Origin: Chrysomallon squamiferum
Lineage: Eukaryota > Animalia > Mollusca
Reading direction: 5' to 3'
Assembly (NCBI GenBank): GCA_012295275.1
Contig: CM022670.1
Span: 24,800,001 to 24,864,000, forward strand
DNA: 64,000 nt
Below are positions 12,996-26,800 of this stretch, in pieces. Positions within the stretch are counted from its first letter, which is position 1. Every line of letters starts with the position of its first letter. The notes beneath the pieces are model-generated. The model ran no database searches and had not been told where the DNA came from. It saw nothing but the letters and a program-made list of their open reading frames with translations. The translations under genes and the position numbers were made by a program.

Positions 12996-15900
12996 CTATT
13001 AACATTTAATGTGAAAACCTACTTGATACAGATATACAAAATCAAAATAATTTTAATACAGCTCAAAGACATTATAAAACTTTAAACAAGTAATTGTATC
13101 CACCTGCAAAAACGTATGCTGATATTTCTCATTCTAAGTATTAGAAGCTCCATATAAAACTTCACTGTTAATTGAAAACAAAATTTTGTTTCTCATTCTT
13201 ACACAGACAGCACATACAAAATATCTGATAATTGGTCATTTTAGTTACTGTTGACATTATTAAATAAATACTCGTTCATAGAGGTATTTTAAATATGATA
13301 TTTATTGGTATATGATATATATATTTATATAATATTTCACATAAACTAAAAGGGTGCGCTATATCAGTGTTTCATTTTATAAATTAATTTTATGCTACTC
13401 ATGATTTTATTGTAAAGTATAGTGTATAAGGTATATTAGTATGAGACCTTCTGCATTGTAACTGTGTGTTGTTATTCTGAATTTTGTATTACATGTCTGT
13501 TTTATTCTCAGATTGTGTAAACAAAAAAAACAACAACTCCAAAAATAAAGGTATTCTTCTCTTTGTCTTTTGAGCTGTGTAGATACAAAATTATATCAAT
13601 TCAGATGTTGTTTGAATAATTTAATATATGTGCATAAGATTACCTAAAGTCATAAAGTTTACTCATTTAACATAAGAGTTATCTTGTTCATTCTCTTTCG
13701 TTAAATTAAGAAATACTATGAGAAACATTACACATTCTGTTTGCTCGTTTTTTTGCAAAGCATATAGCAACATTAGTAGCAGCTGCAATTGTAGTAGTAG
13801 TAGTAGTCAAGAGATAATTAAAGACAGAATGTCTCAGTTAAGATTTGTTTTGTTTGCATCCATGTAGTAAGTAAAAAAAAAAGAAGAAATACTTGGATTG
13901 ATAATCCAGCCTGATTCATTAAAGTTATTTTTACAAGTTTTTAATTGTGAAGATCGATACATTTATTTGAAGAGCTCTCTAATACCAAAGTAACAATCAC
14001 TGGAAGGTGGATACAACTCTTCTGCACAAACATCTTTTAGATAACTTTACCATAATAATAATAAAAGAAATCAGTGGCAGCTACCTTAAACTGGCAACAG
14101 ATTAAATGCGGTATTTCCCATACCTTTTCTTTGTCACTAAACAAAATTGATGTTACATAAATAAGGTATCATTTTACCAGTACATACCGTTTCATGCTCT
14201 GTCACCTCTGTGGATTCTGAAAACAGAGAAAGTTGAATTATTTAGATTTTATAGACTTATGACCTTCTCTTATACATGTCTAAGAAACTGAATTGTCTGA
14301 GAAACAAGTCTTAACATATGTAAAGTGTTGAGTTAGTTGTCGTGACAGTAAGACGTTTGTAGTTCAGATAATGATGAAGTAAGTATTGTATTTTAGTAAA
14401 TGGATAAAAAGCAAATTTCTTGAATACAAAAATAACTTTAGCTTAATACATTTAATTTAAAACATGATTCGAAGTCAATGAAGTATATTTTGTTTTCACC
14501 CTGTAATCATTATAATTATATGGTTGTTAATTCCAAAAATAATTTAATATTACCTTCACTTATTGGAGGTATGGGATCTACAGGCCTGTGGAAAGAAAAG
14601 AAAAACAATTAATCACAGCCAAGCATGATAAGCAGGAAACTGGAAATAAAGACAACACCAATGCATGAATGAAGATTAGGATATCAGATTGTGAATTTTT
14701 AATATATATATATTTTTTAATAAAAACAAGAAACAGATAGAGACACAGATATACAGAGATACAGACAGAGAGATAAACATACAGATGAATCAAAAGACAG
14801 AAAGACAGACAGAGAGATTACAAAATGAAAAATATATGGATAAAGACAGAGTGATATAATTAACATATTGTTATATGTATTAGTATAAAAAACAATTAAA
14901 AAAAACAAGAACAATAATGACCTGTATGATAATTCATTTTCTTTCTGCATTCGAATTCTGAAGTTAACTGTAAAATGGTATCTGTCTGCACTTATTTTTA
15001 CCAAATTCTTTCTCATTGTTGTCACCTATAAATAAATAAAAATTACTGATTTGGTACATATCTAACAATCTTATTCAATTTTATTTAAAATGATAACACA
15101 GCTTAACAATTAAAAGTGCTTCAAAAACACTAGATCATAAGACATTATTATTATTGTTAAAAAATACAAGCTCTTTTTGTATTTCAGATTTATAGCCAGT
15201 ATAGGGGTTAAAAACACTCCACAGCTTAAACATTATAGAATATATATCTGTGTAACATAATAAGTACTGGCAGCCTAGCCAATATAATTGGTCAAAACTG
15301 TTAAAAGTTCAGATTTTGTTCATTTTCCTCCACTCTCAAATCCCTTCTATAAATCATACCATAAAAAACAAATACATGGAAATAAAGATCACTGTGTATT
15401 CTTTAAAATAGGATCACTCTACAAACACCTGGCCTGTCTATGCTAAAATGGCTTCAGTATTATTTTTAGCACAGCTAGGAGGGTCAAAGTTCGATCTTTC
15501 TAACAGTGCTATGTTGATTATGTTTTTAAAAACATAGGATGCATGTTTTATTATATGTTATGACTTTTACTGTATATTGTATGAATATGCTCTGAAATAA
15601 ACAAATTAACATTGTGTTTTGATGACTACTATCTCTTATGTTCTTAAACAATTGAATGTTTTGCTTTCAAAATTCTTGTGATAAATAGCAAATTAAGAAT
15701 TGTAAACATAACAAACTATACTACATAACAGAACAATGTATTCAGAGGAACTGATGGAAAGCTGAATAAAAAACGAATCACTTTTTTTTTAATATCATAA
15801 AATCATAAATATGTCCGTTTTAAAACAGATTATTTTTGCTTGTTGAAAAGCACTATAAGAGGAAATTTCAACAATGATACATAACTTTTGTTTGCTGTCA

Positions 15901-18595
15901 AATCACAGCAAGTACAAAGCTTAGAAAATTCTTTTCTGTCTGCTTCAAATGACAGGCTTCTCACACCTGTGTCTTTAATTGCCTCTAGTCTCATGATTAC
16001 ATACATTGCCACTAATTAATATGTGCAACACCTTTCTGGAGTAGACTCCAAGGATTAACTGAGTTTATGTATTGCAGAGGATTGTAGATCAAATGCTTAT
16101 AGACCTCTTAAGTAACATTTATATATATATATGAAGGATACACATCACAATATTTTAACTTATTACTACTAATTATTTATTAGAGTAAAATTTCAAGCTG
16201 GTTATGTAAATAAAGTTGTGCTGTTCAACATAAAGGTGTTTGACCCATATCAGTTAGGCTACTTTGTTGATTTGTTCTAAAATGGCCACCCCTGTCTCAT
16301 TTAACTACCCTAAAATGCAATATGACTCTAAAATAAAATGCATCTGAAGTTCAAACATATGTTAAGCAATAAATAAAAAAAGAATAATAATAAAAGAATA
16401 ATAATAGTAATTCTTTCAATGACTGCTGCAATGGCAGATCAGCTGCTCTTTAAACTATAAACAACAACAAATAAATGTTAAATTCTAATTAATTCTTGCT
16501 GAAACTACCCCAACTTGTTTTCTCAAAGTTTTGGGGCTTACAGTGCCAAAAAATACATGGTTGCTGTGGACCAAACAGTGCACTGACTTACACTTTTACT
16601 TCAAATTGAAAATGTTTTTTTTTTTGTTTTTTTTTATGGGCTTGACAGGAAAAATAAAAAAATGTTTTTATCAAAAATGTTAGATCCATGTATGTCATCT
16701 GAAAAATCTTGACAAACTGCTCACAACACTGGTTGAATTTTTCAAATAAGAAACTGAAACCACAATGTCTGTTTGCACTGTTAGTCATTTTAGCAGCATT
16801 TTGCTGTGTGTCATTTTGAAGATTTTGGTATGTTTAGCATAGCATGTTATTGTGAACACACATAAAAACATACAGGTCCTAGTACACTTGTTGATTTTAA
16901 GTCTTTTGTAACAATTATATTTCAAACTACAGATGGCCAAAGTTGCCCTTTCTGCTAATGTGCCAAATTAAAGTTGAAAATGGAGCAAAAATATCTGTTG
17001 TACCATTTTGCATTATATCTTTTGAACTGCTGAAGATAATGTCATAGGGTCACGTGATCCACACAGTCAATTTCAAGGTCATAGCAAAGGTCAAAAGGTA
17101 AATGTACCCCAATATTTTCCAAACTGAACCAAAATGGCAGATTTGGAATCCTTGTCATATTGCCTTTTCAACAATACCAATTTTATGAAGATTGGCCCAG
17201 TAGTTCCTGAGATACGAGGGTTCAAAGGTTGGTGGTCACGCCCATTTTTGTCAAAAATCGCAAAATTCGGTGGGCCATATCTCCCACACCACTGGTCCGA
17301 TTGGGCTAAAATTTCAGAATTGGTGCTGTGGGATCCCAGTCAACAAGTATACCAAGTTTTATAAAAATCTGAGACGGTCGGGTTTAAATTTCTTTTTTTG
17401 AGGGGAGTGATTTGACATGGAAGGACCCCATAATTTTGGGTGTGTTTTGTTTCTTTTTGCCACAGCTTTCATTTTGTGCTAATGGTTTACATATTATATG
17501 AATTTAGGGTATTAATGATAATGATGATGATGTTAATGATGGTGATAACAATTACAGCTATAATAATATTTAACTGGAGCAAGTATTTACCTTTTGTTTG
17601 TTGTAGAGAAGAACAGTGTAAAATTCTGGGTGTTCAAGGCAAGGTGTGACCTGAACAATTCCTGGTACAAAACACTCAGTTTCTGAGTCTGGGGTGTCTT
17701 TCTCTCGAACAAGTACTCTGTCAAGCACATAGTCTCCTCGCTGTAATCACAAACTGTTTTTATAACTTAGTACATCTACAACAGCACATTTCTTTAGTTC
17801 TGTGAGTGTAGTCATGCTGTACATGTTACTGCATGTGTGTCTTTGTCTGTGTGTATGAAAAAAAGATAAATATGCATGCAAACATAATATAATTCTTGTG
17901 TAAATATATGTATGGTATTTTTCTATAATCAGTCTTTTCTCCAAATTAATTTTTTCTTTCTTTCTTTTAAAGAAAAAACTGAAAGTAACTGCAAACATGT
18001 CTTATTAACATATTTACAAGCATGTATTTCTTTATTTTAAGACATTCATGAAAATAATCAACTCATGCATTAACTTACATGCAGTGTTGGGACAGCCACA
18101 GCACCAGTCATGGGAATGATAAACCTGGTCGGTACTTCAGTTTCTGTGTCGCTGCCTGTGAATATTATGTATGCATAGCGCGGTGTGGGACAATACTTGA
18201 CAATACCTGACAATAAAACACTTTAGACTGAAATCATGTGTTGAAATTATGCAGAAACACACAGACATTAAGAAACATCCATACACAACTAAATATACAT
18301 GAAACACACAGACATGCAAATATGTACATACAGTGACACACACACACACATACATATACATACATAGATGTCTTTATTAACATTAATATTAATATTAATA
18401 TATCATACAAATATGTATGTGATTATTATTATTTTTTTGTTTTGTATAATTGAGATTTAATTAAAATAAGATTAAAGAACAAAAGCTGTTACCAGGATAA
18501 TACCAGCCATTTTCTTTGTTTCGTGCAATTACTGTTTGATGTTTTAATATGTGCGACTCAGCAATGCTGTTTTCCTTGTTAATCTCTTCTTTTGT
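9712..18595 (-). CDS. Duplicated VWA3B 3' exon cassette (copy A): 12 intact exons, 467 aa, no start codon of its own; probable alternative C-terminus or partial paralogue
   Basis: Exons 18493-18595, 18079-18206, 17591-17740, 14922-15025, 14554-14585, 14188-14216, 12900-12960, 12476-12553, 11731-11852, 11025-11280, 10228-10474, 9712-9805. They sum to 1404 nt, all have GT-AG sites, and they read open to TAA (..AKAYFLSKQ*). Each is homologous to a copy B exon, and all length differences are multiples of 3. Confidence 0.75.
13530..13574 (-). pseudogene. Broken remnant of the exon-31 paralogue in cassette A
   Basis: The acceptor ACACAG|CTCAAAAGACAAAGAGAAGAA (LKRQREE) is retained, but the 3' half and the GTAAGT donor present in copy B (27639-27704) are deleted. 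Confidence 0.75.
15196..17505. mobile_element. ~2.3-kb copy-A-specific intronic segment containing non-autonomous DNA-transposon-like sequence (clearest at ~16540-17430)
   Basis: No counterpart in copy B (only ~90 nt at 30024-30112). The right part is richer in GC and CpG and ends GATTTGACATGGAAGGACCC, resembling a transposon terminus. I found no matching left TIR or transposase. Confidence 0.5.
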
Positions 18596-20027
18596 CTGAA
18601 ACACAAAATAAATTAAATAATTTAACTGTTTAATTAAAAAGACATATTCTGATGTTAAATAAAATGTCAGTCTCTGAATACATCTGAGAATGAGAATTAA
18701 ATTAATAATAGTAAAATTAATGAAATAAAAACTAAATAAATATACAATGAAATTTTTGATTGTGAAATTATTATATGCATTTTTCAGGATTATTTTATTT
18801 TTTAGTATAGATCTTGAAACTAAAACTAGAAAATGAAATGTTAAGGATGTTGACGATGACAAGACTAATAAGAACAACTAAAAACAATGAAACAGCAATG
18901 ACAACAAAATTAAGATACCAGATCGTTTTAGAGTTCAGGTCTAAAGGGATCAAAAACACCTCCTGGCTTAAACATTATATAATATATATATATATATGTG
19001 TGTGCATGTATGTAACATAATCAAACTACACATTTAAACTTATATACTATACAGTTTATGGTAATATTCAAGTTACCAAAACCACTAGTGTTATTCCCAG
19101 TTTATTCTCTGCCTATTTTTTCTAACCATTGCAAGTTCATCCTATACTCTATCAGACACTTATGATAACCCTTTTATAAAATACTTGATCTGTCTTGAAA
19201 TTAAATTCAATCAATAAGGGGATTATAACTTTACATATTGATGAACACGTTTTTTGCATGACAGACAAACATGAGCTTTGTTGTCTTGTGGTAACCAGCA
19301 GTCATGATGAACAGTTTTGTACAGAATTAAACCAGTAAATGATTGCTGAACTGACTGTTGCAAGACCAAACCTGATCAGTGACTGCACTATCACAGGCTA
19401 CCATCCATTCAATAAAGTATACATGACCATTGTTTCAATCCTGCTTGCTTGTCAGCTTGAAGTATTTCCCATTCTAACCCATGCTAATTGTCTGGTTTAT
19501 GAAACAGTATTGTGTATGCTTTCCAATCTTTAATATGTAAATAGTCCACTGCTCTGATGTGATCACTGAAGAATCCTAAATTAATGTTTTCTAACATATC
19601 AAAAACATGCGAGCTAATTACGTACGAGATTCATCATTCAGTGATTATTCTATACATTATCCTGAGTCTGAGATATGTCTGCATAAAACACAAAATAAAC
19701 AGTTGTAACATACAGTGGATCTAACAATGAACATGTGTAATGTTTAATTACTTCAAATAATAACTGGATAACATATTCAAAACAAAAAGGTTCCAAAAAT
19801 AACACATTCTTTTCTAATTTTTTACATCATAATTTGACAACGTGGGTAACTTTTAAATAACAACATGTTTGTGAACTGAAAATAAATATAAAAATAAAAT
19901 TTTATATATATATATATAATTTATATTTTTTTTAAAAACGACCCACAATTGTGACAATAAATAAATAAGTAGTACTACTACTACTATTGTTAGCAGTGGC
20001 GATGACAGTGATAATGAAGATGATAAT

Positions 20028-20345
20028 TTGGTCTGCCTACACTTTTCGTGGTAGGCTCTTTGTTTATTTGGTTTTCTGGCATTCTCGGCCGTTTTTTTAA
20101 TTCAAAAAGGGTGGAAAGCAATGGATGAAAAAAGCGAGTAATTATTTCCTGTTGTGGCTGAAATGGCACATGAATGGAGCACACCGATTTCTGCTCATGT
20201 GGCGCTTATAATGCCTTCGCCAGTCAACTAGAGTTAATTCCCTTTGGCAATTACCTCCCCTGCCACCATATACAATTACAACCAGTTGTATTTTTCTATG
20301 CATTAAATGGGATTATTAGGTATTATGAAAAATCTATAATATATA
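20028..20345. mobile_element. ~320-bp GC/CpG-richer insertion specific to copy A, flanked by a diverged ~90-bp local duplication
   Basis: Absent from copy B at ~33070. The flanks 19935-20027 and 20361-20458 share AAAAC..ACCCACAAT..AAGTA(G)TACTACT..CAGTGATAAT..GATGATAA. Confidence 0.4.
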
Positions 20346-21968
20346 TTGATAGATAGATTCAAAACCCACCCACAATAAATTAAAAAAAGTACTACTACAA
20401 CTACAACAACAGTAACGATGTCAGTGATAATAAAGGTGATAAAGATGATGATGATAAATTTTAATATTTTATCTTACACAGATTATTCTAAAATTTCAGT
20501 ATGAGCAAATTTTATTATTTTTAAAATAAGTTTTTGTATCCTTTGCCAGATCATTATTCTTGTTTTAAATAATTTAAATAATATTTTATTGGCCATTCGT
20601 CATTATAGTTAATTCTTTTTTCCTAATATATGTCATATTTTTCAAGTATAGATATAAAAAAAAAATGCTCGTTTTCCAAAATATAATCAATAATAAATAT
20701 AATTATATACTATAAAAACTGAACAAATGAGATCACTTGTTAAAGATTGGTTGAGATGTGTGCAAAGAAATATATGTATATATATGTACATATATTTCTT
20801 TGCCAAGTCTGGTTCATTTTGAATCTGATAACTAGTTTGCAGGACTGATCTGTGTGACTTGGTTTGTGGCATTACTGTTTATTATTATTATTATTATTAT
20901 TAAAAACATTTGTGTCAGACATTATATATATTATTATGTTTTTTTAAGTATGCATTAAATTAAACAGAAGAACAGTTTCACAACCACATTAATGAAGTTC
21001 AATAGGTCTTATTACATGTTGAAATTAATCAACATAGGTAAACAGTAACCTTTTGAAATACGTTTTTAATATCTAAAAGAGAATATTTGACTTAAGATAT
21101 TAGGTGTTAATGTTCTTACATTTGTTCTTAGTTTTACATTTTCAGGATAATAACTAAATTTTATATTAGATTGTTTGCTAAAATACTAAAGGTGATTCTG
21201 TTAATTTTTTTATAATTTTTTTACTATATCTATTATATTTATTATTATCTATTTAAAGATTGCTTGGAACAAACTTTTGGAAGTATGAGAATCAACAGAC
21301 ATTCGCAGACACGACATAAATTTAACTGTTGACCTCTTCAAAATTAAGGTATCTTACTGAACCATTAAAAATGTCACACAGTAAGATTCTGTTATATCTC
21401 AGTATGCTGTGGCTGTTAAAATGATTTCTGTATCTGTTGGTCTACATGACCGCTACAGCAGCAGATATCAAGAGTAATTGATATGTTTAATATTAAAAAG
21501 TCAGTAAAATTCATGTGCAAGCTAAAACTAATGACAATTGTATAAGAAAAAATATAATGCCACAGAATTTGTGCAGAATTTCTTTCAAATGAAATGTTAA
21601 AATTGAAAATACAAGAAACAATAAACAGTAATTATTTCATTTCAGATTTTATTAAATCATCAGCCTCAGTATTATTTTGGTTGTAATTAATTTTCTTAAA
21701 ACAGCAAATGTTAACATGAAGTAGATTAAACAATAAAGATAATTAACTAAGAAAAAAGTAAAACTTGTGTTATAAATTTATTACTAAGTATCACAGATAT
21801 TCTAAGCATCACAAGAGGCACTTAATTGTTAAATAAAATAATAAATATTAGTATAGAGTGGGTGCACTTAGTCTACAAAAACTAAATATTTCTGGATCTA
21901 TAAATAATCTTTTTTCTTTGTTTTAACCTAAAATGATACTACCCATCCACTTTTGTAAGCTTAGCTAC

Positions 21969-22005
<37 letters not shown>

Positions 22006-23830
22006 AAATTTCATCAGAGTATTCTCTTCTCTATGATTCATAATGTTGCTATATCAAAATTCTAGCTCTGAAGAAAAACATATGTATATAATGTTTACAA
22101 ATAATTAAGTAGATCAGCTAATGGAGAATATATTACAACAAGTGTAAATAGCAACATTTTACACTTATTCTTACCTTGAACTGATCATATATTTATGTTT
22201 ATATATTTAATACAAATCAAATAACATTCTCTATACTGAATACTAAAAACAGACACATTAAACACTTGTTTTTATCTTTATAACAATAATTAATAGGTTA
22301 AAATAGCTGTAAAATTATACATTTTTGTACATTTTATATGAAAGAAAAACGTATTAATTACTGAGACATTTGTATCAATTCATAAAAAAAAATAAAATAA
22401 AATGATTTTCTATTTCTAACATAAAGCATTTAAATAACAAATTTCTACCAAAAATTTATTCTATTACACCATGTAATAAATGAGATCATTGATGTGTAAA
22501 AGTAAAATTATTGTAATCTCTTGTAGTGTCGAGCTTATTTTACACACATAAAAATATTAGATACTGAACTATACTACTATACAATATTAAGTGTATATTT
22601 ATTATATATAAAAAAATATATTCTATAAAGTACACTAAAAATAGAGACATTAAATATTCACAAAATACTAAAACATAAAAACATTAATATTTGTTTGCAC
22701 AATATAAAGTTGGATTTCTATATTTTCATATCTGATTTTTATTTAAGATTATAAAAAAATTAAAATAAAATGATAATAAAATATTTACATAATGGAATGC
22801 ATTTGTTTTCAGTTATATACAATTTGAGTTAGAAAGGAATTAATAAAACCAGCGTTAGGTATTTTCTTTTAATTATCACATTCAAGAGTATTTAAGCTAA
22901 TCAAAAGAGATATCTTGATGCTTTAGAATTTCAGAGATTTCGTTTACTCTTAGAAAGAAGAAAAAGAATTGATTTTACATTAACTGTTTTCTGCTTTTAA
23001 ATGTTGTTTTGGTTTGTTGTTTTGCTTTTATATATACATGTTTATATGTAAATTGTTATATGTATGCATATACACACACAAACACACACTTGAAACATGA
23101 ATATGACACACACCACACACACACACACACACACATTCACATAGGAACTCATATATAGTGGTACTTAGAAATAATATTCCCCAAAACAATTCTCCTTTTA
23201 AATATTCACAGTTATATATATTAATGTACAAATATGGCAAAATGTCTGTATTTTGATCATGTAATTGAAATAAAATAGCTACATTTAAAAAGAGTCTAAC
23301 AATATGTTATTAGCAGATTAATGAATATTCAACAGCTGCATTCTAGAAATGTAAAAGGTGTGTGTGTGTGTCTGTGTGTGTGTGTGTTAAATGTCAATAC
23401 AACATACTGATGAAGTAAATAGATTCAAAATGTTTGTTGAAGGATTTCATATTCTTGCTATATTCCTCTTTAAAAATAAAATGGTTATGTTTTACAAACT
23501 TGATAGATTTTCTTTCTGTCATTTTGTAGTGTTTGTTTTTAAATGTAAATATTTCAAATTTGGAAACTGTAATACAAACAATTTTCATACAGCATCTTTC
23601 CAAAAATGTTTGGATAGTACAAAAAAGATAGGTGATAGTTTTGTAAACCATATTTTCTCTTATTATGCCTATAGGGGTGATGTTATGCATCATTAATATG
23701 TAGTCTGAGTATATAGTTCTTTTTTCAAAAACCCAGAAATATTTATCTGATAAAGAAAACTTTTTACGTATGTTTTCTAAATGGTCACTTCAAAAACTGA
23801 AAAACAATTTTGTTTGTTCAAGTTTTGTAC

Positions 23831-23836
23831 TTTATT
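23831..23836 (-). terminator. AATAAA overlapping the stop codon of cassette B
   Basis: CAA-TAA-A on the minus strand, followed ~25 nt later by TTGTTTTTCAGTTTTTG. Confidence 0.4.
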
Positions 23837-26800
23837 GCCTAGCATGTCTACTCAAGAAGTAGGCTTTTGCTTCTTTGTAGTAATTCTCACTGAGCCAGTA
23901 GTACTTGTTTTCATCCAATAGTAAGCTCTTCTTTCTGTGAAATAAAAAAAATAACCATAATAGGCAAATTAGCATTTCTTAGAATAAATTAACATTAAAA
24001 TGTATTTTAATCTCTCAACTTTAAAATACATTCTGTCTTTATTAGCATAAAATGAATTAGACTATTTTCATTAAAGTATATTTAAATCACATACACACAC
24101 ACACACACAAACACAAATGCAGATAGATGCAGAAACCCACATACACACAGAGAGAGAGACAGACACAGATATATATAAACACACACACACACATTTTACA
24201 CCTCAAAATTATTCCTACAAGTACAGAGTTATGATGATTTGTATGGAAGGATACATTTAACTGCAGTTTCAGAAGAAAAACTATTTTAAATTAGAATGTA
24301 ACAAAACTTTTTTTTGTTTTTGTTTTTGAATATATTTGTTTTTTACAAACAAAACTGATGATACTTACATTTTGCCATTGCAGAAGTGAACATCAAATGT
24401 TTTTGTTTGTTTATCTATACCAGTCACTTCACCCGGCAGGTAAATGATGGAATCAGAGTCATCTGAAGCAATGGCCAGCACATACTCATTCTTAGCCAGA
24501 GGTGGTGTTCGAGTGAATGAACCAAACATGTGTCTTGGGTCCTGGTGTGTTTCAGACCCATCCTTCCATTCAATTAGATATTTTTGTCCTTTTTCAACTT
24601 TCTTCTTAACTGTAGCTGCAGAAAGAAAAATATTTTGATCAGTTAAGAAAACTAAAAATAACCATGAAAAAACCCACAATTTAATTACTGTCAGTAATAC
24701 ATATATAACTGTTATTAAATATAATAGCATTGTCTGCATAGACCTATTTGCTATTAACATAAATAGTCTTAATTCTTGCATGCCAACCAATTCCAAAAAG
24801 GAAATGAATATTATTTACAGTAACAAACCAGAATTTGAGTATTATTTTAAACTTTTAAAAATAGTTCAAATGATAAAAATACCAAATAAAACAATTATAT
24901 CAGTAAGATCTTTTCTTCTTTTTTTAATCATTTCATTATTTTACATCTGTAAGCCTATCAGCTTTTTCAACACAGAACTTAAACATTCAGTTCAATTATT
25001 GTTGCCTGCAGCAGTAGTAAACAAATCTACTATCAGGAGGTAGGTGTGTTCTGCAGACAGCCAACATATACATACATGTACGTTTGTTGAGTAGTGAGTT
25101 AACAGTTTTGTGATAATTTAAAAATAGCCAAAATTCAATGATTTAAACAACTGTTATTAAAGTTTAATGCTACAAACCTATTTCATATTCTCCAGTGTCA
25201 TCATTTCTCACTATGGCCGTATGTCCCACCCACTGCTGTTCACACTGAAGAATCTCTTCAACATCATATTTGTATTTCTCCTCAGACAGTTTGTAAACTT
25301 CTCCCCTGGACAGAGTTGTCTCCTCTTTGTCGTAGAAGGTGATATGTAAAAAGTTGTTAGGCAAAATCCTTACCACCTGACCAGGAGCATAGCTTGATGG
25401 GTAGCCAGGATACACTGCTACAACATAATCACCTTTCTGAAAACAGAAGTTAACTTGTTATAGAATTTTGTTATATGATGCTGTACAGTCAAACCTGCTT
25501 TTGTGAACACTTTGCATATGACAGTCATCTGCCCATATCAGCCTTGAGATTTCATCTGCAATACATTTTATCATGTTTTAACATTGTATGACAAAATCTG
25601 TATATGGTAACAACTTTTTGCTTGGTCCCTTGTGTGTCCATCATATTACTAAATACTATACTTAATACAACTTACTCACATTCACTCACATAATATTCTA
25701 CTGCATAATCGTTAATTGCAATTGTAGTAAAGTAGAATGTACTATCAGTTTAGATCATATTATCTGCAATAGTTCCTTGACCTATATCTCATTATAATTA
25801 TTAATTTAAAAATGATTTTAAAAATCTGTTTCTAAATTCTTAAAACTAACTCCTTTTTATTGCTTGAAGTTCTTAAATGACAATAATTAATTTTCCATTT
25901 CAGTATTTTAGTTTTAACATTTTAAATAAACATATTACAGAACCTCAATCTTATTCTCTGCATCATCTTTGTCTGTGATGATATCATGACGTGGAATCTC
26001 CTCAGCATCACCAGTGCTGTCTCCAACAATGTACAAGTTGTTTCGCACCTTCTGAAGAATGACACCTGTAACAAGGAATGGGTAAAAACTTCCTTAATCC
26101 AAATGAGCAATATTTTTTACATTTTTTTTTATCAAGAATAAAATATCATATTTCAAAATTTTGTCTCATGTTATGTAAATTGAGTGTTCCCAGTCTTCAG
26201 ACCATATATTCCATGATTCAGTTTTTACACCATATATATTTCATGTCCCAGCTGTTCAGTACCAGTGCACTTTACATTCATCCATTATTCCCAAAGCAGT
26301 TGACTCATTCTGACATTTTTGTTTTTACATTAATTCAGAAATAGCTGGAGTACAGTGGGTTAAATGTAGCATGAAAAACAACAATGTATTTTAAACACTA
26401 TTCTGTTAAGAAAACTCCTGCTACTGTTTATATTTTATGTCAGCATTTTCTGGTATAGGAAAACGTATTGCATTACTAATTCTTTTCTTTTTCTTCTTCT
26501 TCTTATTGATATGTCATCAGTTACCATGAATTAGTATCACTTCCCAAATAATGTCAGCTGTTAGTTCATAGATATAATCTGCATACCGAGAAAATATTTG
26601 AAAATTATGTTGTTTCAAGAAATAATTAGTTTCATGAAAACAAAATACTAACATTGATAATACCATCCACCGTCAGGCCATCTGGCTAAAACCTCTTCAT
26701 TTTCACTAATGTCTGGCAAAGATTTGTTAAATTCTATCAGTGGTGAGGGACTTTCTATAACAAAAAAAAAAATTAAATTAAATTAATTAAATAAATAATA

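Larger units (their letters stand above)
6310..20700. repeat. Tandem segmental duplication, distal copy A (~14.4 kb)
   Basis: Begins AAAAACTGAACAAATGAGATCACTTGTT (6310; the same motif recurs at 20714). Ends ..GTTTTCCAAAATATAATCAATAATAAAT (~20700; counterpart ~33310-33337). Collinear exon and intron similarity throughout. Confidence 0.93.

Noticed and set aside
17134-17364. 76-aa ORF in the copy-A insertion as a transposase or exon
   Set aside because: It has no catalytic motif or usable splice context and lies in transposon-like subterminal sequence.
23391-23696. Overlapping ~100-aa ORFs on both strands downstream of cassette B
   Set aside because: The paralogous region (~9225-9570) has frame-breaking indels, and the composition is AT-rich and non-coding.
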